Assembly (NCBI GenBank): GCA_012026655.1
Contig: JAAILG010001424.1
Location: 1-64,000, forward strand
Direction of reading: 5' to 3'
Length of the DNA stretch: 64,000 bases
Origin: Hydrolagus affinis
Lineage: Eukaryota
In this document: one piece after another, positions 36,547 to 49,120 of the stretch
Layout: each line of letters starts with the position of its first letter
Numbering within the stretch: the first letter of the stretch is position 1
Program-made: the position numbers and the translations under genes
Notes under the pieces: generated by a model
The model's input: only the letters and a program-made list of their open reading frames with translations
Told to the model about the DNA's origin: nothing
Databases searched by the model: none

Positions 36547-36729
36547 CTTCGTATTTCGACATATTCTATTATAACTCTGACTGCTTCATGTTTATATCCA
36601 CATTGAATTAAAGTTTGTGAAGCCTGGTTCAACTGGTCACAGGCTGAGATCAGGCTTTCTATATTCTGATCTCTATTTAAATGAAAGCCACTTAAACTTT
36701 TTATGACGTCTACTTCAATGAGGGTCAAC
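36547..36729 (-). CDS. CFAP46: CFAP46 exon 31
   Basis: LTLIEVDVIKS...ACDQLNQASQTLIQCGYKHEAV...; phase 2-2. Confidence 0.88.
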
Positions 36730-37841
36730 CTACAAAAAAAAAGTTTTGATCAGTAAACACAGTCATGTAGCAAACAAATAAAGGAAGCTAATTTGCTAGA
36801 GCAATTCTTATTGTCATGAAGAATGAGGTCCTGAATCCATTTAATTTCACACTGAAATCGCTTTGAAAAATCACCAATGATTTTATCAGTTAAAATTTTA
36901 AAGGGATTAAACCAATACAGATCCATTCATTTAAGCGAGGTCTCCTTGGAGATGAACTGTTTCCAAGGTGTCCTGTCAACAGAATGTTGGATTTGAGCCA
37001 GTCGTCTGTGGCGCTTTCGGTAGTCTGCCTCCTGAGCCAGACGGGTCCGCAGTATTCCAGAGCACTGTTTTGATGGCACAGCTCATTGGCAAGACCTGGA
37101 AGGCCAGACCAGTCACTGGGGAAAGAGAGTCATCCCACTCAGCCTGTTAACCCTGCAAGCCAAAGGCCTAAATGGGTAGGATGGGCCTAGCTGGACAAGC
37201 AGTAAGAAAGCTTGCCAGACAGCAATATCAATGGCAGGCTATGTGGCTATGTGGTTTCAGTATCCCAATGCACACTTTATTGTCCACAAGTCTTGTTTCT
37301 TGCCAACCTGTACCTAAAATTTCTGGAATTAGCTAAACAGAATGTATCCCTGCAGGGAGATATTGTGCATTCCATTCCAACAATCTATTTCTGCGATTTC
37401 TACATATAGTTGCAATGCTTGGAAATCTCAGTTCAGTTAGGATAGTCTTAAGCATGGTTTTCCACATGTGTCAGGCTCCTGGCTGACCCCCCGTAAATAA
37501 TTCACACCATTGCTTTGGATCCTGCCAAAATCCCTGAAAAAATCTTTTTCGAATGTCATCGGTATTTCCTGGGCCACCACAGAGAACCATTCTTAACAAT
37601 TTTCAGACTCAATTTCCACAGATTGAGCTAATAATATACCAACTCTAACAAGAGCTACATTGGCATATTATTACTGGTGGCTTTCCTATTGGTTCCTGTT
37701 TTGCTGCTAAATCTAGCAGTTATCTGGTAAATAGTGTGGAGGAAAACAACCCTGTATTCAGTAGAAGGTGCTAAAGTGGTTTCCCTCATCTCAGCATTTC
37801 TGTGCTGTAAATTTCTACAATTCTATGAATCTAACACTTAC

Positions 37842-37948
37842 CTTGCTTCCAATGAAGCAATCATGTATTTAAGAACTGGAATTCGATTGGGTTTTTCCTC
37901 CATAACATCCCGGAACATCACAATGCCCTTTTTCAAGAAATTACTCGC
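37842..37948 (-). CDS. CFAP46: CFAP46 exon 30
   Basis: ASNFLKKGIVMFRDVMEEKPNRIPVLKYMIASLEA; phase 0-2. Confidence 0.9.
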
Positions 37949-38063
37949 CTAGAAATATAATGGAGACAGTTATTAATGTAGAAAAACTGTTTGATTATCA
38001 TTTACAAGACAAATGGAATTGGTTCTATTGATAAACAGCATAATAATAATAAATACTGTATGA

Positions 38064-38292
38064 AATTGGCTGTCATGTTTTGCTCACAAATATACAGTCA
38101 ATTCATTTCATGATATATTCTGTGAAGCGCTTTGAGATGTCTAGAAGACATGAAAAGGTATATCAAATGCAAGGATTATTATTATAATCCTTATATTTGA
38201 TATAGCGCTTTCCACATCTTCTGGACATCTCAAAGCGCTTCAAATAATATACTGTACTCTAAAGTGAATTGATTGTATAATTGTAGGCAAAA
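38064..38292. mobile_element. Two SINE A 3' halves, tail-to-tail
   Basis: Plus copy ends gcaaggattattat, immediately followed by minus copy ataatccttatatttgatatagcg. Confidence 0.85.
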
Positions 38293-38476
38293 CAAACCAG
38301 TAGGTATATTGAAATAATCAAAAAGATGTGTATCAAAGGATCAAAGCAATCCATTCCGAAAGTTATTATTGATTTACCTTGAATCGGATCAGACATTCCT
38401 GGTGAATGCTAATCATTTTCTACTATCTACAAGTAAAAGTTACAGTCCAAGAGCTACCTTGACCTAGAGTTTATAT

Positions 38477-38784
38477 AATAATAGTAATCCTTGCATTTGA
38501 TATGGCGCATTTCATGTTTTCCAGACGTCTCAAAGAGCTTCACAGAATATACTGTAAAGTGATTTGACTGTATTTGTGGGCGAAACGCGGCTGCAATTGC
38601 ACACAGCAGGGTCCTACAAATAGTCATGGATTGAAATGATCAATTTTTTTTTTTTTTTGAGGGATTATCATTAGGAATGTGGATTAAGGAAACTTGCCCA
38701 AGGTTTCGCCCTGACCTGCCTGTATTTGAACACAGGTCTCACGCTTATAAGGCTAGTGCTGTAACCATTGAGCTTCAGGACTCC
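38477..38784 (-). mobile_element. Full-length SINE (family A)
   Basis: Head, body and tail as in other copies. Confidence 0.9.
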
Positions 38785-39127
38785 ACAAAGTGAAGATGTA
38801 AGAGTCTAGAACACATGAAAAGCACTATATCAAATGAGAGGATTATAAGTAATATTGTTATACATGAATGAGACTTCAGTATTGTCAGGTTTCAGGTAAA
38901 GAAAGGGAGGGAGGTGACGTGGTGAAGATGCAGAAAAACAACAGGCTTGGGTACCTAAAATTACTTTGCACCTACTCATGCTTTAGTTACATTAATTTAC
39001 ATACCTTAAGAAATCCTTAATTTCAAGTTAGGACTTGAAGCTCTTCAAAGTTCGTGACTATGTATGTAATGGAAGAACAGGGCAGCCAAATGCAGGCAGC
39101 CAAATGTGCACAGCAATATTCCACAAA

Positions 39128-39660
39128 TACAACAAAATTACATTCATAAAGCACCTTTCACGTCGGCTGAACAAGCGCTGGGGGATGGTAAATGAGGAAA
39201 ATTTTGAGAAAGAGATGAGAGGGGTGGCAGAGGGTTAGGTGTTCAAATGAAGGGAACGAACCAGAGGAGTAGAGGGATAGGGCAAGTAACGACCTGGAGA
39301 TGAGGGCCACTCCATTGCCACAGCGGTTGAGGCGTGGGGCATGGTGGGAGGTATAGCCAGTTGGTGTGGCCTCCGTGAGGGGGAAGGTGTCATCTGGGAT
39401 GATCCAGGTTTCTATCAGGGCCATGATATCAACATTTACTTTGAGGATGAGATCATTGACGGCTAGGATTTTGAGAGGACAGAGCGGGAGTTGCAGGGAG
39501 GGATGCATTTAGAGGGACGGCTTGCTTGCAACTGGAGCTGCATCTGAAATGTGCACACTAAGACGTGAGGCAGTGGATTAATGGGACATTGTCAGCTGTG
39601 GGCTGTGGTGGCTGTGGGTGGCACAGTGGGGTAGGGGGGTGGGGGGTGGGCAGGGCACTT
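39128..39660 (-). mobile_element. L2 LINE: 3' tail fused to an AP-endonuclease fragment
   Basis: IMALIETWIIPDD...GYTSHHAPRLNRCGNGVALI...SFEHL...IYHPP. Confidence 0.85.
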
Positions 39661-40273
39661 ATTGTGGTTAGCAGTGAGCAGCCTGCAGGAAAAGGATAAA
39701 AAAAAATTATAAAATGAACAACCAATTTTATTTGGGGAGAATTGTTAATCTGGATACCATAATAAACTATCTTAACTTTTGGAAGAATGCCTTTATAAGA
39801 TAGGATTCGCCTGAACAGACTTGATCCAAAAATTGGCACCTCTCCCCCACAACAGTGTATTGGAGTGTCAGCTTAAGCTATCTAAATTTCACATACTGAT
39901 TTGGGGTTTGAACCCACAGCCTACTAACTCAGAAGCGAGAGTTCTACCGACTATGCATTCGAATACACTCCAAACAAATCAGGGGAAAAGATGTTGGTGG
40001 CATTTAAATTTTTGGGACTTCCTTCAGGAACTATTAAACCAAGCCAGGGCAAGTGACAAAATAACTAGTGTTTAGGATGGAAAAATTATGGTTTCTTAAC
40101 AGATATTAAATCTGCTATTGAAACATCCCTTTTGGTACTACACCATTTGTGCGGATAAAGAAAAAATATTAATGATTAATAAACATCAAGATGTCCGAGG
40201 TTTCATTGAAGAAAGTCACTGTTCGTATAATAGGAATCATTATTTTCTTTATTATTCAGGTTTCGAATCTTAC

Positions 40274-40474
40274 CGATTCATGATAATCCTGGGATTTCTT
40301 TCCCAGAATAGTGTCTACCATGCAATTGATCATATTGTACCAGTGGTATTCATTTCCTCTGATTTTATAAACCTCTTCCAGGAGGTGTTGTGCTTGACTG
40401 AAGTTTAGTTCACAATTGGCCTGCACTGCCAAAAGGTACAAGCTTCTACCCTCAGCTTCTTTATTTCCTAGTTC
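40274..40474 (-). CDS. CFAP46: CFAP46 exon 29
   Basis: ELGNKEAEGRSLYLLAVQANCELNFSQAQHLLEE...; phase 0-0. Confidence 0.93.
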
Positions 40475-40840
40475 CTTTGTCAAAAAAAAGTATGAATAAT
40501 TAAACAATTTCATTGTGCAACTATAGAATGGTTAGATAAGGCATGAAAATAATTGGAAAGCTCAAAATATATGTCTATGTATTTAAAAACATAGGAAAAG
40601 ATAGAATGAGAAATTGTCATTAAGAGCATTAAGTTGCTCCTTCCCAAATCATATATCGCCTTTTCCATTCTATTTCCCAGGGAAACATTCTGCATAAATA
40701 CTCCTGATCTCCAAGTATGTAGCATCTACTATGAATAATCCAAACAATTGCATCTTAAAAGTTAAAACTTAGCAATGATTTATTTTATAGCTGAAATTGT
40801 TCTGAAGATTGCCAAATAGCTCAGCACCCAATATACTAAC

Positions 40841-40993
40841 CTTTGCAGCCTTGTGAGCTTCTGCTAACAGCAATCTTACAGGTTGGTAGAAACCAAGTTC
40901 CAGTAAAACTTCTGCTTTATCAATCCAAAGATCTATGGTAGAAACTTCGCTTAACTTTTTTCCCAATATCCCAGAGGTTTGAACATCCATATT
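40841..40993 (-). CDS. CFAP46: CFAP46 exon 28
   Basis: ...LWIDKAEVLLELGFYQPVRLLLAEAHKAAK; phase 0-0. Confidence 0.95.
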
Positions 40994-41506
40994 CTACAAC
41001 AATATTAAGAGACAATATTTCATTTGTAATACTCAATGGAAACTCAAAAAAAAATGTTTGTGCTCATCAAGGGAAAATACATTATTGCTGGGAAATGGAA
41101 CTTTACCCAATTATGGACATCCAGAGCCATTCACTCTATTCTGCCCCAAATCAAGTGCATTGATCAGAGGTCAAAGACAGGAATTGGGATAGCCCTAACA
41201 CAATTTTTCAATTCTACAATCGCCCTCATTTTGACTTTCCAAATGGGATATTCATTTTACAGATAATTTTATATTGTGAATCATATTCACTAATGTACTG
41301 GTGGATTGAGAATTCCAAACTCAATTTAAATTGGGCCATAACAGCCAACAATAGAAGAGATATTCATCCCATTGCCCCAGGGTGAAAAATGTATTAGACA
41401 TACAGTACTCACATTCACCAAGAACCTTACTCATAGATATCTTAAAACAATGCCAAGTTAGCACTTCACATATAGTAATTAAAACATTGTTTTAAAGTTG
41501 TCTCAC

Positions 41507-41621
41507 CATTTTCTCATTTGGTTTGGATTGATTGTCAGACAACCGTTCATGTAAATCTTCCATACTTTCTTCTGGAAATTCCGACTTTTCATCCTGTAAT
41601 TTAGCAATCTCTTGACGCACT
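41507..41621 (-). CDS. CFAP46: CFAP46 exon 27
   Basis: VRQEIAKLQDEKSEFPEESMEDL...; phase 2-0. Confidence 0.88.
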
Positions 41622-42181
41622 CTTGAAAAAAAATATTAACTTATTATGGTTACTGTTTGATTTCAGTTCAATAATCAGTCTTTTTTATGATCTGTAATGT
41701 TTTGTTTGAATGCATTCTTTAGAAAATTATTTCTGTAGACCACTCATATTGACTTCAAAATAATATTAATGAACCAGTTCTGTAATTGTTCCATACATGA
41801 GGAAATGATCAATTCAATGGGAATAATAAATAAAAAGAATCATTCACATATGTGAATACCATTGGATTTGCCATAGAGGCACTGAAACACTTCTGAAAAT
41901 CCCCAAATACTTGAGATAAGTCAATTTTTGACTACAAAATTCTATACTTACCAGAAAGAGTACAGAATTACTTTTATAATGGACATTTCGAATATACGAA
42001 TGTAATATGTTAAAGTAAATTCAATTCAATATTAAACCAGCTGTGAAAAGTACGCATTGTAGTTCATTTCCACTACTGTAACTTGATTTGTTCTGCTAGT
42101 TATATATATTTTTTCAGTTGGTCATATATTGGAAAAGTGATATGATCTATATGTACGTATTAAACACCAAAACCAGCATAC

Positions 42182-42280
42182 TTAGCTCGTTCCTCATCAT
42201 AGATAAACACTGTTCCGGGTACACTCCCATGGTACTCTGCAGCTGACATTACGTTCAGTTCTGTGCAGACTTTGGCAAGC
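42182..42280 (-). CDS. CFAP46: CFAP46 exon 26
   Basis: LAKVCTELNVMSAAEYHGSVPGTVFIYDEERA; phase 2-2. Confidence 0.92.
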
Positions 42281-42527
42281 CTATGGAAAGATTTTATTGA
42301 TGATATTTACAAAACTGAAATGTAAATATGAAAGACTTTGCAAACATTTTAAGGTAGTACAGTACAAGAGTACTGCTAATGAGAACAGACTTGAAAATAT
42401 TACTTTCCTTTATCATAAGGTCAAGTATTGTGCTATGGTTTCAAGAGAGACAAAGAGATTATGTACATAATACCATACTAAATTGAATGGCTGAGCACTG
42501 TGAGTTACCGGTAAATTATATATTTAC

Positions 42528-42676
42528 CTAAAATGGTATAGATCAGAAAGACTTATTTCATTCAACACTTCGCAGGCTATTACTTCTCCAAGTTGAAGGA
42601 CAGGCAGGGTTAAATGGGTGTATGACAACGCTTGCAGCTCATTAACCAGCAAATCAATGAAGAATAAACTGTATGT
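42528..42676 (-). CDS. CFAP46: CFAP46 exon 25
   Basis: TYSLFFIDLLVNELQALSYTHLTLPVLQLGEVIA...LSDLYHF; phase 0-2. Confidence 0.95.
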
Positions 42677-42922
42677 CTTTCAAACAGAAAAATAAATCAG
42701 TATTATTAAAGCTACAGTATATTCATAAACTGTATTATTTCCCAAAGTACGGTATTCCTTCCGAGAATATAAAACAAATTCCTCCACGACAGCAACAAAA
42801 TCACATTTGCATAGCGCCTTTCACATTAGGAGAGATATGGAGCAGTAATCAAATCTTAGACAGACCTCAAAGAGTTTTAAGTTTTGAAGAAAAATAAATA
42901 TTGAACCTAAAGAAAAACTTAC

Positions 42923-43087
42923 AGGTTTCAAAATATTACTTTTGTTGATAAGACTACAATCTGAGTAAGTATTAAAGATGACTCGAATTTCATCTGGGCA
43001 ATCATAGGTTGCCCATTCCTCAGAATTAGCAGGAATGGATTCAGCATTTTCTTTCCATTTTGGTCTCACTCGAACAGGAGAAATTAT
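42923..43087 (-). CDS. CFAP46: CFAP46 exon 24
   Basis: ...ESIPANSEEWATYDCPDEIRVIF...INKSNILKP; phase 0-0. Confidence 0.95.
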
Positions 43088-43139
43088 CTATCAAACAAAA
43101 ATAATTTGTAAGGATTCAAAGCAGAATAATAATATTTTA

Positions 43140-43530
43140 ACAATTCTTGCTTTCTATATCGAGCCTGATCATGTTAAAACATCCTAAAGCGTTTCACAGA
43201 TTTTTTCCAACGTATGGTGATTGTATTTGCAGGCATAAAGCAGGGCCAATTTGTGCACAGCAGGATCATACATATAAGTGAAGTGAATGACTAATGTTAT
43301 CTGGGGTAGCTGTTAGCCAGGACACCAGGAAGAACTCCCTTCCTTTTTCAAATAGTGTCGCAGTCTCTTTAATCTCCATTGAGATAGGCAAACAGGATCT
43401 TGGTCTCATTCGAAGGATGACAATGCAGCACTCGCCTCACCATTACACTTGAATGTCAGCTGAGACTATAAGATCAAAGTGAGACTTTACACATAATCTT
43501 CCGACTCAAAGGTGAGAGTGCGACCAACTG
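43140..43530 (-). mobile_element. Older DeuSINE-like tRNA SINE (family B)
   Basis: Head gttggtcgcactctcacctttgagtcggaag on minus strand; central block related to 48140-48505. Confidence 0.65.
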
Positions 43531-43596
43531 TTCCCAGTATTCTAGATATGCTATTACAAAACCATCCTTAAACGGTGTACAGGAATTCTTGCCTGC

Positions 43597-43697
43597 AAAA
43601 AAACAGAAATTGCTTGGAGCACTCAGCAGGTTAGGCAGCAATTATGGAAAAAGGAAAGTGAGTCAACGTTTCGAGTCCATGACCGTTCGTCAGAACT
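43597..43697 (-). mobile_element. Penelope-like terminal remnant
   Basis: aaaacagaaattgcttggagcactcagcaggttaggcagc...aacgtttcgagtc...cagaact. Confidence 0.65.
43661..43697 (-). ncRNA. Minimal type I hammerhead ribozyme motif
   Basis: AGUU-CUGACGA-ACGGUCAUGGACUC-GAAA-CG-UU-GACU: intact CUGANGA and GAAA core, stems I and II, palindromic AACGUU in place of stem III. Confidence 0.6.
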
Positions 43698-43760
43698 ATT
43701 TGTCTCCCTACTGCAGGAAGTGCCCAAACTCATTTTGGCATCATGCAAGCAATAATAATA

Positions 43761-44146
43761 ATGTAAAAGCTTCGTTATCCGGCACACTCGGGACCTGATC
43801 GTTGCTGGTTAATCAAATATGCCGGATATTCAAGAAATACACAAAAAATTAACTTATTTTAAACATACCATATTAATAATAGACAAAATAATAACAGAAT
43901 ATTAAATGGTTACTTAACAATAAAGCATTCCAGCATACTTGGTAAAATGATTGTTAAAATAAAAATTCCAGCGTTCGGCAAGTTTAATAAATGCGCGTGC
44001 ACATGCAATCGCAAAGTGAGCATACCGCAAGTGTCCCGGATGGCTCTGATATGAGATCCGGTTGCTGGAATGGTGAGTTGTATTGGGAGATACCGGTCAG
44101 TTGAGTGTTCCGGTTGGTTGGGTGCTGGATAACCAGGCTTTTACTA
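43761..44146. mobile_element. Tigger/pogo-like MITE inserted in a SINE (TAA)n tail
   Basis: TIRs GTAAAAGCTTCGTTATCCGGCAC / GTGCTGGATAACCAGGCTTTTAC; TA flanks. Confidence 0.8.
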
Positions 44147-44148
44147 TA

Positions 44149-44463
44149 ACACTTGCATTTGATATAGCGATTTTCACATCTTATTTCAAAGCGCTTCACA
44201 GAATATACTGTAAAGTGAATTGACTGTACATCTGGGTGAAATGCGGCAGCCAGTTGCGCACCGCAGTGTCCCACAAACAGTCATGGATTGAAATGACCGA
44301 TTTTTTTTATTATTGTGTATTATTTTTTGGACGGATTATTATTAGGCAGGTGTGTGTGTGGAGTAAGGAAACTTGCCCAAGGTTTCGCCCTGACCTGCCT
44401 GGATTCGAACACAGGTCTCACGCTTGTCAGGCGAATGCACTAACCACTGGGCTACACGAGCTC
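44149..44463 (-). mobile_element. Full-length SINE (family A)
   Basis: A box GTAGCCCAGTGGT, B box GTTCGAATCC on minus strand. Confidence 0.9.
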
Positions 44464-44629
44464 AGTACCAACCATACATGATCTTGGACACACAATAGAG
44501 CTTGAATCGGGTACCCAGCAATGTTGGAGAGAGAGAGAGATTAGAGTTGGAAAGAATACAAGAAAAGCTGTAAGAAAAAGATTAAGACTTTTTAAAAAAA
44601 ACTCTGGTGCCTCTAAATATATACATTAC

Positions 44630-44749
44630 CTCTTTTGCATCTTTTTTCTTTGACTTCTTTGGAAATTTACTAGCTGGTGGCAAATCAGGGGAAGGAGGAG
44701 CATTCTTCACTAGTTCTCTAAGAATTGATCCTGCTGTTGCCAATGCTGC
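44630..44749 (-). CDS. CFAP46: CFAP46 exon 23
   Basis: AALATAGSILRELVKNAPPSPDLPPASKFPKKSKKKDAKE; phase 0-0. Confidence 0.88.
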
Positions 44750-44964
44750 CTAAGGTTGTTATGGGGTAAAATAAACAAATAAAACTTAAGTGAAACGTCG
44801 TTTTAGTAAGTTTAAATTCAACTTCCAGCATGAAATCATTGTTATGGAGAGGGATGAATTCAATGGATTAAATTAATTTAAAAATACTCAAAAACTAAAA
44901 GTTCATAAAGTAAAAGATTAAAATCTGTCAATATATTCCAAAATATTAATGATTTAGTACTCAC

Positions 44965-45182
44965 CTGCCATATACACCTAACATAAGAATACGCCATTAA
45001 ACAGTGCTTTCTATGCTGGCTTGAAGCCCGGCTTGAAATTACAGCCATTAACGTGTGGATTTCAACAAGTGTCTGTAGTTGTCTTACATCTTGTAGATCT
45101 GCCAAGGACAAATTTGGATCGATATGCTCTACCCCAATCTGTGCCTGATGCTTCCCGGGAATTATTTCCTTTTCTGGGGCAA
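44965..45182 (-). CDS. CFAP46: CFAP46 exon 22
   Basis: ...SLADLQDVRQLQTLVEIHTLMAVIS...HCLMAYSYVRCIWQ; phase 1-0. Confidence 0.92.
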
Positions 45183-45429
45183 CTTTTCAGCATCAAGAAA
45201 AACAAATATTTTTAACGTAATTAAAGAGGTAAAGACATAAATTTCAGATAACATATCAAGTAGATAAAACCACTTAATTAAACAACAAAAACAATAACTT
45301 GTATTTATATAGTGCTCCTCACCTGGGATAATGTCTTGGAGCAATGTCCAGAAGCAGAGTTGGATCTCAAGCAAGTGAGAAGTGAGAGGTGATGACCACA
45401 GAAGAGATTGGTTTGCAAGTGACATATAA

Positions 45430-45920
45430 ACCACAAATTGCATTTCTATTGCATCTTTCACATCGGGGGGACGTTTCAAGGCGCTGGACAATCAAGGGTT
45501 TACACCTGAGCTGGGGTTCTGATTAGGAGGGTACGGGCCAAGTTGGCTGGGGAAGATGATCGAAAGCACAGTAACAAAGAAAGGTCCTTAAAACAGACCT
45601 TGAATGAGGCGAAGGAAGAGCGGGGTAGAAAGGTTGAATGAGAGCGAGTGAGCGGATTGCTAGGGTTTTAGAAGGTCATGGAAGTAGGCTAGTGCAAGAC
45701 TGTGAAGGAACTTAAAAGTGAGGGATGAGGTCTTGATTTTGAACCTCGAGGGGATGGGTGCCAGTGGAGCTGGGAAAGAATAGGGATAATAAGCCCATGG
45801 ATCCTACTGCGGAAAAGGATGTGGTGTGCAGCTTGTGGAGGTAAGAGAATTGGTGTAATCAACAAAATTACATTTGTTGAGTGCCTTTCAAGTCGGGAGG
45901 ACACTCCAAGGCACTAAACA
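45430..45920 (-). mobile_element. Decayed L2 3' fragments
   Basis: Two copies of the ctttcacatcgggaggac-like tail motif with ORF2 remnants. Confidence 0.65.
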
Positions 45921-46108
45921 ACCAATCCCAGAGGGGACGGGGTAGGGAGTTGCTGAAATTACGGGTGTAGAGGCTGAATGCATAACTACAAATATGGGGG
46001 AAGAGTCATGGGGTGATATAAATAGTACTATATATGCAGTACTGAAAACATTTAGTGTAATGTTTCCACCCCTTACTACTTATCTCTCCCCTATACTTAT
46101 CAACAGAC

Positions 46109-46210
46109 CTGTAGCTTCTGGTTCCGGATTCTTCTCTGGTTTCTGCTCTTCCAGTTTCTGTTTTTCTTGTGAATATTTGCCCTTTAATTTCTTTTTTTTC
46201 ACTTTAAAGT
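46109..46210 (-). CDS. CFAP46: CFAP46 exon 21 (donor 46108; alternative in-phase donor at 46096)
   Basis: DFKVKKKKLKGKYSQEKQKLEEQKPEKNPEPEAT; phase 1-1. Confidence 0.7.
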
Positions 46211-46736
46211 CTAGACAAAAATATTATTATTCTCAGTGCTATAAAAAGTCAATAAAAACCCCATAGTAATAGGAGATTTATTAAAAAAAATTATCTGTTT
46301 TGTTACATAATTTTTAACACTCGAAAGTTGGGGAGGATTTTATTTAAAGAAAAACTGAGGTAAATATATGCACATTTTATGTTAAAGATATGTTCCTGAC
46401 TATGGCAATTTAGCCCCAACACTGGGTGGTTTGGAGAAATGACAAAACCTCTTGTCCACACCCTTGTCACTGTCGGAATTGATTTCTCCAATACCTTGCT
46501 CATTATACATTCCCAAGCTAAAATCTTCACAAGCGGAATGATGATTTTAGTAAAATTAGAAGTCCTACATTCTGATCTATTGTGTTTTCAATGATCTGGT
46601 TATATGAAGTTTGCAACAAACTTCCCTTGAGTTGATGTCACAAAGCTCCATTCCAGTGATATCATATACTGGAGGGTGGTGGTGTGAGGTATGTACGTTC
46701 TGTTGAAAAATAGGAATCAAAATCCCTTCAGTTTAC

Positions 46737-46896
46737 CTTCTTCCACCTTGAGTTTCACACATAATTTCATGCTCAGCAGTAGATCCACTGCCCAGTCCAA
46801 GATGCAGAGAACATCATTTTGAGGGAAATCATTAGAATACAGCCATTCACCAAACTCAATAAGATGGTCAACCTTCTGCCAATTACTTTCTGGTTT
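46737..46896 (-). CDS. CFAP46: CFAP46 exon 20
   Basis: KPESNWQKVDHLIEFGEWLYSNDFP...LDWAVDLLLSM; phase 0-1. Confidence 0.95.
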
Positions 46897-47091
46897 CTGA
46901 GAGTCACCAATCAAAGAATAAGAAAAAAAAAAAAATACAAGTGAATACATTTTCAGATTTCAACCCCATATAGCTTAATTCGTAATGCAATTGAATTTAG
47001 TAAACAGTAGTTTAATTCAATTTTAAAGAGAGGAAGCAGCTTTTCAGGTAGTATATAGTTTATTTTGATGAAAAATAGATGTTCAACATAC

Positions 47092-47275
47092 CTCCAAAGC
47101 CTCTATTGATTTCTGATAGCAAGATATCTGCTCTGTTCTTTTTTTTGAGAAAATGACCACACGTCGCCACATAGAAGATAAATACTGTTCACTTTCATCT
47201 TTTAATTTCTGCAAATCCATGCTGATACTGCGACCAAGCCGTATATGAGCCATAATTCTATGCTTGAAAATCAAA
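47092..47275 (-). CDS. CFAP46: CFAP46 exon 19
   Basis: LIFKHRIMAHIRLGRSISMDLQKLKDESEQYLSSMWRRV...; phase 2-0. Confidence 0.95.
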
Positions 47276-47901
47276 CTTAAAAAAATAATAATTTTTTGTA
47301 GTATCTTAATGTTTAAATAACGGAAAGTTTCAAGCATATTTAGGACCATTGCTAACAATTCTTATTCTAATTATAGTCAACCCATTCTGCTCTTTAAGGA
47401 AATCAGAAGGGCTTCACCTGTGAGTTTGGAATAAGTAGCCTGGAGCATTAAGTTTGAGTGATAGTTTGAATGAAATAATACTTCCAACGGATGTAAAGCC
47501 AGTGAAGATTTGTCAATGCCTTACTTGCCAATTGGTGCAGAAGGTACAGTTGTAGATTCCTTGGAGATTGGGTCAGTTTCTAGGGGCAGAAGTGTAGATG
47601 TACTTACAGGATGAGCTTCAACTAAAATTAAACTGGTATAAATGTACTTGTGGAGAGAATTAGGGAACCAGACACAAACATTATTGTGCTCATGATGTTA
47701 TCTCATAATGCTGACATAGCTTTGATGGAATTGTGGCCTTAAGCAAGAATGGGATTCAAATATTTGGGATTCTGAAATTTTCAAACAATATAGAAAAAGC
47801 AAAAGGTAGGTGAGGAATTTATTCCTGATTAAGGAAATAATACCTGCATTGAAAAAGGGAAATAATCTCTGCATTTCAGACTCTTGATTTATTTCTACTT
47901 A

Positions 47902-48505
<604 letters not shown>

Positions 48506-48653
48506 TTTTATAGGGGAGAAAACAACTCTATCATTGTTAGTAATCGAGTACTGGTAGATTAGAACATGGTGCGTGACTTTAAGATCTATTTCTGTTTCAC
48601 ATTAATATAGTTTACTTTGAAAAAGTGCATAAAATCTGAAAATTTCCACTAAC

Positions 48654-48744
48654 AAAATATTGTTGGTTTTTGCACAACTTCAAACGCTAACTGTACAGCT
48701 GTTGATTGGGCATGTTGTTCATGTTGTTCTTCAGTTACATCCAC
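48654..48744 (-). CDS. CFAP46: CFAP46 exon 17
   Basis: CTACAG| VDVTEEQHEQHAQSTAVQLAFEVVQKPTIF |GTTAGT; phase 0-1 needed to bridge neighbours. Confidence 0.75.
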
Positions 48745-48954
48745 CTGTAGGACAAATTGAAACAGAAATTGTTAAAACAACAACAAAATTACATTTATAG
48801 AGTGCCTTTCATGTTGGTGGGACGTCCCTAGGCACCGAATAGTCAGGATTCAATATTCTGACATCTTGCTGGTTTTAGACTTTCGGAATGTTGCATAATG
48901 GAGGTTTACTGTATTGTGAAATTAGATGTTACAGAAATTCATCAGACACCTTAC

Positions 48955-49120
48955 CTTTCTATCCTTAGCATAGGTGGTGTGCATGGCACTTAAAAAGGAT
49001 CTAACAGGTTGTTCCAGTAGTTTTCTTTCCGTTGGAGATGCTATCATACTTAGACAGGAATTCCAAAAGTTTCTGGCTGCATTCATGACAAGTCTGGTAT
49101 TTCCAGCTTTTTCTCCATAG
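48955..49120 (-). CDS. CFAP46: CFAP46 exon 16
   Basis: YGEKAGNTRLVMNAARNFWNSCLSMIASPTERKLL...; phase 2-0. Confidence 0.95.
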
